This document shows positions 4,465-6,886 of a DNA stretch of 6,886 bases, in pieces. The stretch comes from Okeania sp. Its GTDB lineage: Bacteria > Cyanobacteriota > Cyanobacteriia > Cyanobacteriales > Microcoleaceae. The stretch lies in the NCBI RefSeq assembly GCF_035285525.1, contig NZ_JAYKGW010000245.1, positions 1-6,886 on the forward strand, given 5' to 3'. Positions within the stretch are counted from its first letter, which is position 1; each line of letters begins with the position of its first letter. The translations under genes and the position numbers were made by a program. Below the pieces are notes generated by a model. It was not told the DNA's origin, did not search any database, and saw only the letters and a list, made by a program, of their open reading frames with translations.

Positions 4465-6432
4465 ATGGAAACACCATTTAATATAACTCTCCTAATTATC
4501 CTCACAGTAGTCTGTGGAATAGGCTCCCAAGTTGTGGCAGCCTACCTCAAAGTACCTGCAATAGTCTTTTTGCTACTGTTTGGTATTTTGGTAGGTAAAG
4601 ATGGTTTGGGCCTAGTACATCCCAACTTATTAGGCAGTGGCCTAGAAGTTGTCGTCTCCCTTTTTGTAGCCCTAATCTTATTTGAAGGTGGCCTTAATTT
4701 AGAACTAAGAGAACTAGGAAGAGTTTCCGGCACTATCCGCAACTTAGTTACCATGGGGGTATTAGTTACATTAATTGGTGGAGGTATGGCCGCTCACTGG
4801 TTTGGAGAATTTCCTTGGCCTATCGCATTTCTCTATGCCTCCTTAGTAGTCGTTACAGGCCCAACGGTGGTAGGTCCATTGCTCAAACAAGTATCAGTAG
4901 ACCGACAAGTAGCTACTTTACTTGAAGGAGAGGGGGTTATCATCGACCCTGTAGGAGCAATTCTAGCTGTATTGGTACTTAACATAGTTTTAAATGAAGG
5001 TGCCGATCCTTTAGGATTATTTAGAGATCTAGTTATGCGCTTGGGAATAGGCAGTATTATTGGTGCAGCAGGAGGTTGGTTACTTGGGTTTGGCCTGAAA
5101 AGAGCCAAGTTTCTCTCTGAAGAATTGATAAATTTAGTAGTTCTAGCTACTATTTGGATGATGTTTGGTTTAGCAGAAGAAATCAGTAGTGAGTCAGGGT
5201 TAGTTACTACAGTAGTAGCTGGAATTTTTGTTGGAGCTGCTGAAATACCAGAATTAAGATTAATCAGACGGTTTAAAGGACAGCTAACGATGTTAGCTGT
5301 TTCGGTATTGTTTATCTTGCTAGCAGCAGACCTATCTTTGGCAAGTGTGGTTGCTTTAGGTTGGGGAAGTGTATTAACAGTTTTAACTTTGATGTTTTTG
5401 GTTCGGCCTCTGAATATATTGCTTTGCACTTGGAATAGTCAACTTAGTTGGCGACAAAAGATGTTTGTGAGTTGGGTCGCTCCCAGGGGAATAGTTTCCG
5501 CTTCAGTTTCCTCTTTATTTGCCATACTATTAACTCAGAAAGGTATCAATGGTGGTGACTCTATTAAAGCTTTGGTATTCTTGACAATTATGATGACAGT
5601 TTTTAGTCAAGGGTTAACTGCTAGATTTGTGGCTCAATTTTTAGGAATTACTTCTAGTGCTGCTACTGGTGCTGTGATTGTAGGTTCAAATCCTTTGTCT
5701 AGATTAATCGGACGTATTTTTAGAGAGCGGGGTGAATCAGTAGTATTAATTGATACAGACGAGGAAAGATGTAAAAAAGCACAAGAAGAAGGTTTACAGG
5801 TATATAAAAGTAGTGCTTTAGATATTGATGTTTTAGAAGAAGCTGGTTTACACTCAATAGGAACCTTTTTAGCAATGACTAAAAATGGGGAAGTAAATTT
5901 AGTTTTGGCTCAAAGAGCTGCAGAAGAGTTTAAGCCACCCAGAGTATTAGCTGTTTATCCGAAAAGTCCCCAGGCAAAAAATGATAATACCAATAACAGT
6001 AACAGTAACAGTAACAATAACAGTAACAACAATAATAGAGAGAAGGTTCAACAAGCTTTTACAACTGAGTTAAATCTAAAAGGTTGGAACCAATATCTTT
6101 CTGACAAAGAAGTAAAGTTAGGTGAAACATTGCTGAAGAATTTGGGATTTGAATTTCAAAAGACTCACCTCAAAGCACTGATTAAGTCTGGAGAGTTCAT
6201 ACCACTTTTGATTGAACGGCAAGGAAGTCTTCAAGTATTATCTGCTATGGAAAATTGGCAACCAGGAGATCGAATTATTTATTTGCTCCATGACCCGAAA
6301 CCTAAACTTCTAAAAAGATTATCTGGTTCTCACCAGACAACTTTAACTATGGAAAAACATCCAGCAGTTGAAGAAGTACCTATTCCTAGTGTAGTTCTCG
6401 ACATTGACTCTGACAAGATACCAGCAAAATAA
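4465..6432 (+). CDS. CPA1 / NhaP-type cation:proton antiporter (Na_H_Exchanger membrane domain) fused to a C-terminal RCK domain (TrkA-N-like plus TrkA-C-like)
   Basis: 655-aa ORF with a multi-span hydrophobic N-terminal ~400 aa. Motifs there include LILFEGGLNL, VVVTGPTVVGPLL, LLEGEGVIIDPVGAILAV and WVAPRGIVSASV. The C-terminal part, AVIVGSNPLSRLIGRIFRERGESVVLIDTDEE...LEEAGL...NLVLAQRA, looks like a Rossmann-like TrkA-N. The tail KLGETLLKNLGF...PGDRIIYLL resembles TrkA-C. Stop is TAA at 6430..6432. Confidence 0.9.
   Translation: METPFNITLLIILTVVCGIGSQVVAAYLKVPAIVFLLLFGILVGKDGLGLVHPNLLGSGLEVVVSLFVALILFEGGLNLELRELGRVSGTIRNLVTMGVLVTLIGGGMAAHWFGEFPWPIAFLYASLVVVTGPTVVGPLLKQVSVDRQVATLLEGEGVIIDPVGAILAVLVLNIVLNEGADPLGLFRDLVMRLGIGSIIGAAGGWLLGFGLKRAKFLSEELINLVVLATIWMMFGLAEEISSESGLVTTVVAGIFVGAAEIPELRLIRRFKGQLTMLAVSVLFILLAADLSLASVVALGWGSVLTVLTLMFLVRPLNILLCTWNSQLSWRQKMFVSWVAPRGIVSASVSSLFAILLTQKGINGGDSIKALVFLTIMMTVFSQGLTARFVAQFLGITSSAATGAVIVGSNPLSRLIGRIFRERGESVVLIDTDEERCKKAQEEGLQVYKSSALDIDVLEEAGLHSIGTFLAMTKNGEVNLVLAQRAAEEFKPPRVLAVYPKSPQAKNDNTNNSNSNSNNNSNNNNREKVQQAFTTELNLKGWNQYLSDKEVKLGETLLKNLGFEFQKTHLKALIKSGEFIPLLIERQGSLQVLSAMENWQPGDRIIYLLHDPKPKLLKRLSGSHQTTLTMEKHPAVEEVPIPSVVLDIDSDKIPAK
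5995..6036 (+). repeat. In-frame hexanucleotide microsatellite (AACAGT)n, 7 units of which 4 are perfect, encoding an Asn/Ser-rich tract
   Basis: The units read aacagt aacagt aacagt aacaat aacagt aacaac aataat. 5995 is in codon phase with the start at 4465. The tract is part of the peptide KNDNTNNSNSNSNNNSNNNNRE, between the TrkA-N-like and TrkA-C-like parts. Confidence 0.85.
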
Positions 6433-6491
6433 TCGGCGTTGCATATTTGAGTATGGTCTGATCATTAACAAAACTAAAGCCATGCCAACCC

Positions 6492-6530
6492 AGAAACCCG
6501 TTTTATATAAGAAACCGGGTTTCTTTGTGT
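6492..6530 (+). terminator. Candidate intrinsic terminator downstream of the antiporter gene
   Basis: Perfect 9-bp stem agaaacccg (6492..6500) / cgggtttct (6516..6524) with a 15-nt loop, followed by ttgtgt. The loop is large and the U-tract weak, so confidence is moderate only. Confidence 0.4.
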
Positions 6531-6531
6531 A

Positions 6532-6712
6532 ATATCATGTCCGGATAAGAGCGTGATCAAAAAAGTTTTTGTTTGTATAGGATTCCATTAACTAGATTGT
6601 CATCACATTTTACCGTAGGGGTTTGGTCTCCAAACCCTAGCGCATCAGGGAGAAAGGTAACCAAACCCCTACAGGATAACTTTAATTATAACTATTCAAC
6701 CGGACATGATAT
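6532..6712. mobile_element. MITE-like 181-bp element with perfect 13-bp terminal inverted repeats atatcatgtccgg / ccggacatgatat
   Basis: The arms 6532..6544 and 6700..6712 are exact reverse complements. There is a nested imperfect IR gtgatcaaaa (6553..6562) / ttgtcatcac (6597..6606) and a nested GTAGGGG...CCCCTAC palindrome. The element has no coding capacity. The outermost dinucleotides can be read as TA on both sides. Confidence 0.45.
6615..6672. repeat. Palindromic element gtaggggtttgg ... ccaaacccctac (perfect 12-bp arms) with a competing internal hairpin
   Basis: Arms 6615..6626 and 6661..6672 are exact reverse complements. The left arm can alternatively pair with ccaaaccctag (6630..6640) across a tct loop. 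The termini match the element at 3728..3785 and both spans are 58 nt. Confidence 0.6.
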
Positions 6713-6724
6713 AACTCTTGATTT

Positions 6725-6886
6725 TCATGTCGGACGAAAAAAAGGAAAGTAGTCTCGTGACAGATACATCAAGCCCGGCAATTCCTGGCCAAACCAGAAA
6801 ATACCGTTCATAGCAATGTGACGGCAGAACCATATACATTGGCGGTATCTCGCAATGCTTTGAGGAAAATCCCCAAAGCGCCATTC
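6725..6886. other. Unresolved, more GC-rich segment running off the window: partial CDS of unknown strand, start of a larger mobile element, or structured RNA
   Basis: Several frames on both strands stay open to the window edge. These include the - strand frame to TGA at 6808..6810 (...NGALGIFLKALRDTANVYGSAVTLL*), the - strand frame to 6725..6727, and the + strand from GTG 6818 (VTAEPYTLAVSRNALRKIPKAPF...). It begins with tcatgtcgga (6725..6734), which resembles the MITE terminal repeat. Confidence 0.2.

Noticed and set aside
4542-4754. 70-aa ORF on the - strand
   Set aside because: It is antisense to the antiporter N-terminus, with a basic, low-complexity translation and no ribosome-binding site context. 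Shadow ORF.
4833-5429. 198-aa ORF on the - strand
   Set aside because: It lies entirely antisense to the well-supported antiporter membrane domain. The translation is low-complexity (T/P/S/N/I-rich) with no recognisable motifs. This is a typical shadow ORF.
6804-6845. cgttca...gacgg...gaacc reminiscent of a glutamine (glnA) riboswitch
   Set aside because: The conserved GGAAGUAGG-type core is missing and the P1 pairing is only 4 bp.
6852-6870. ttgaggaaaatcccc resembling the universally conserved GAGGAAAGTCCGG of RNase P RNA
   Set aside because: It has several mismatches in positions that are essentially invariant. The surrounding sequence lacks the P1-P4 architecture I recall for cyanobacterial RNase P RNA.
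6696-6884. 62-aa ORF on the - strand (MALWGFSSKHCEIPPMYMV...)
   Set aside because: The composition is W/C/F/Y/M-rich and unlike a real protein. Its 3' end runs through the MITE-like terminal repeat. Two other frames are equally open here, so openness reflects local GC content rather than coding.

Overview
This is an AT-rich window, roughly one-third G+C by eye, and almost certainly from a cyanobacterium. The evidence is two exact HIP1 octamers (GCGATCGC), STRR-like tandem heptamers and an xisH/xisI gene pair. Three genes on the + strand look functional. The first is a DUF255/YyaL-type thioredoxin-domain protein (251..2323; the ORF-track ATG at 224 lies inside a heptamer repeat and is probably not the start). 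The second is xisI (3126..3455). The third is a CPA1/NhaP-type cation:proton antiporter fused to a C-terminal RCK (TrkA-N/TrkA-C) domain (4465..6432). The ORF track misses xisH, which sits directly upstream of xisI and overlaps it by 13 nt. That frame (2722..3138) is intact apart from two in-frame TAG codons six nt apart. The ~1 kb 'empty' spacer between xisI and the antiporter is not featureless. By colinear nucleotide and peptide matches it appears to hold a second, heavily decayed xisH-xisI cassette (about 3561..3932), interrupted by a 60-nt palindromic element. A further possible xisI scrap lies upstream at about 2405..2475. Other features are repeat families flanking the first gene, an in-frame (AACAGT)n microsatellite inside the antiporter, and a 181-bp MITE-like element with perfect 13-bp terminal inverted repeats downstream of the antiporter. 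The right edge carries a more GC-rich segment that I could not resolve. I see no CRISPR array, tRNA or rRNA, and no recognisable multi-gene defence system. The most unusual biology here is the serial decay of xisHI cassettes.
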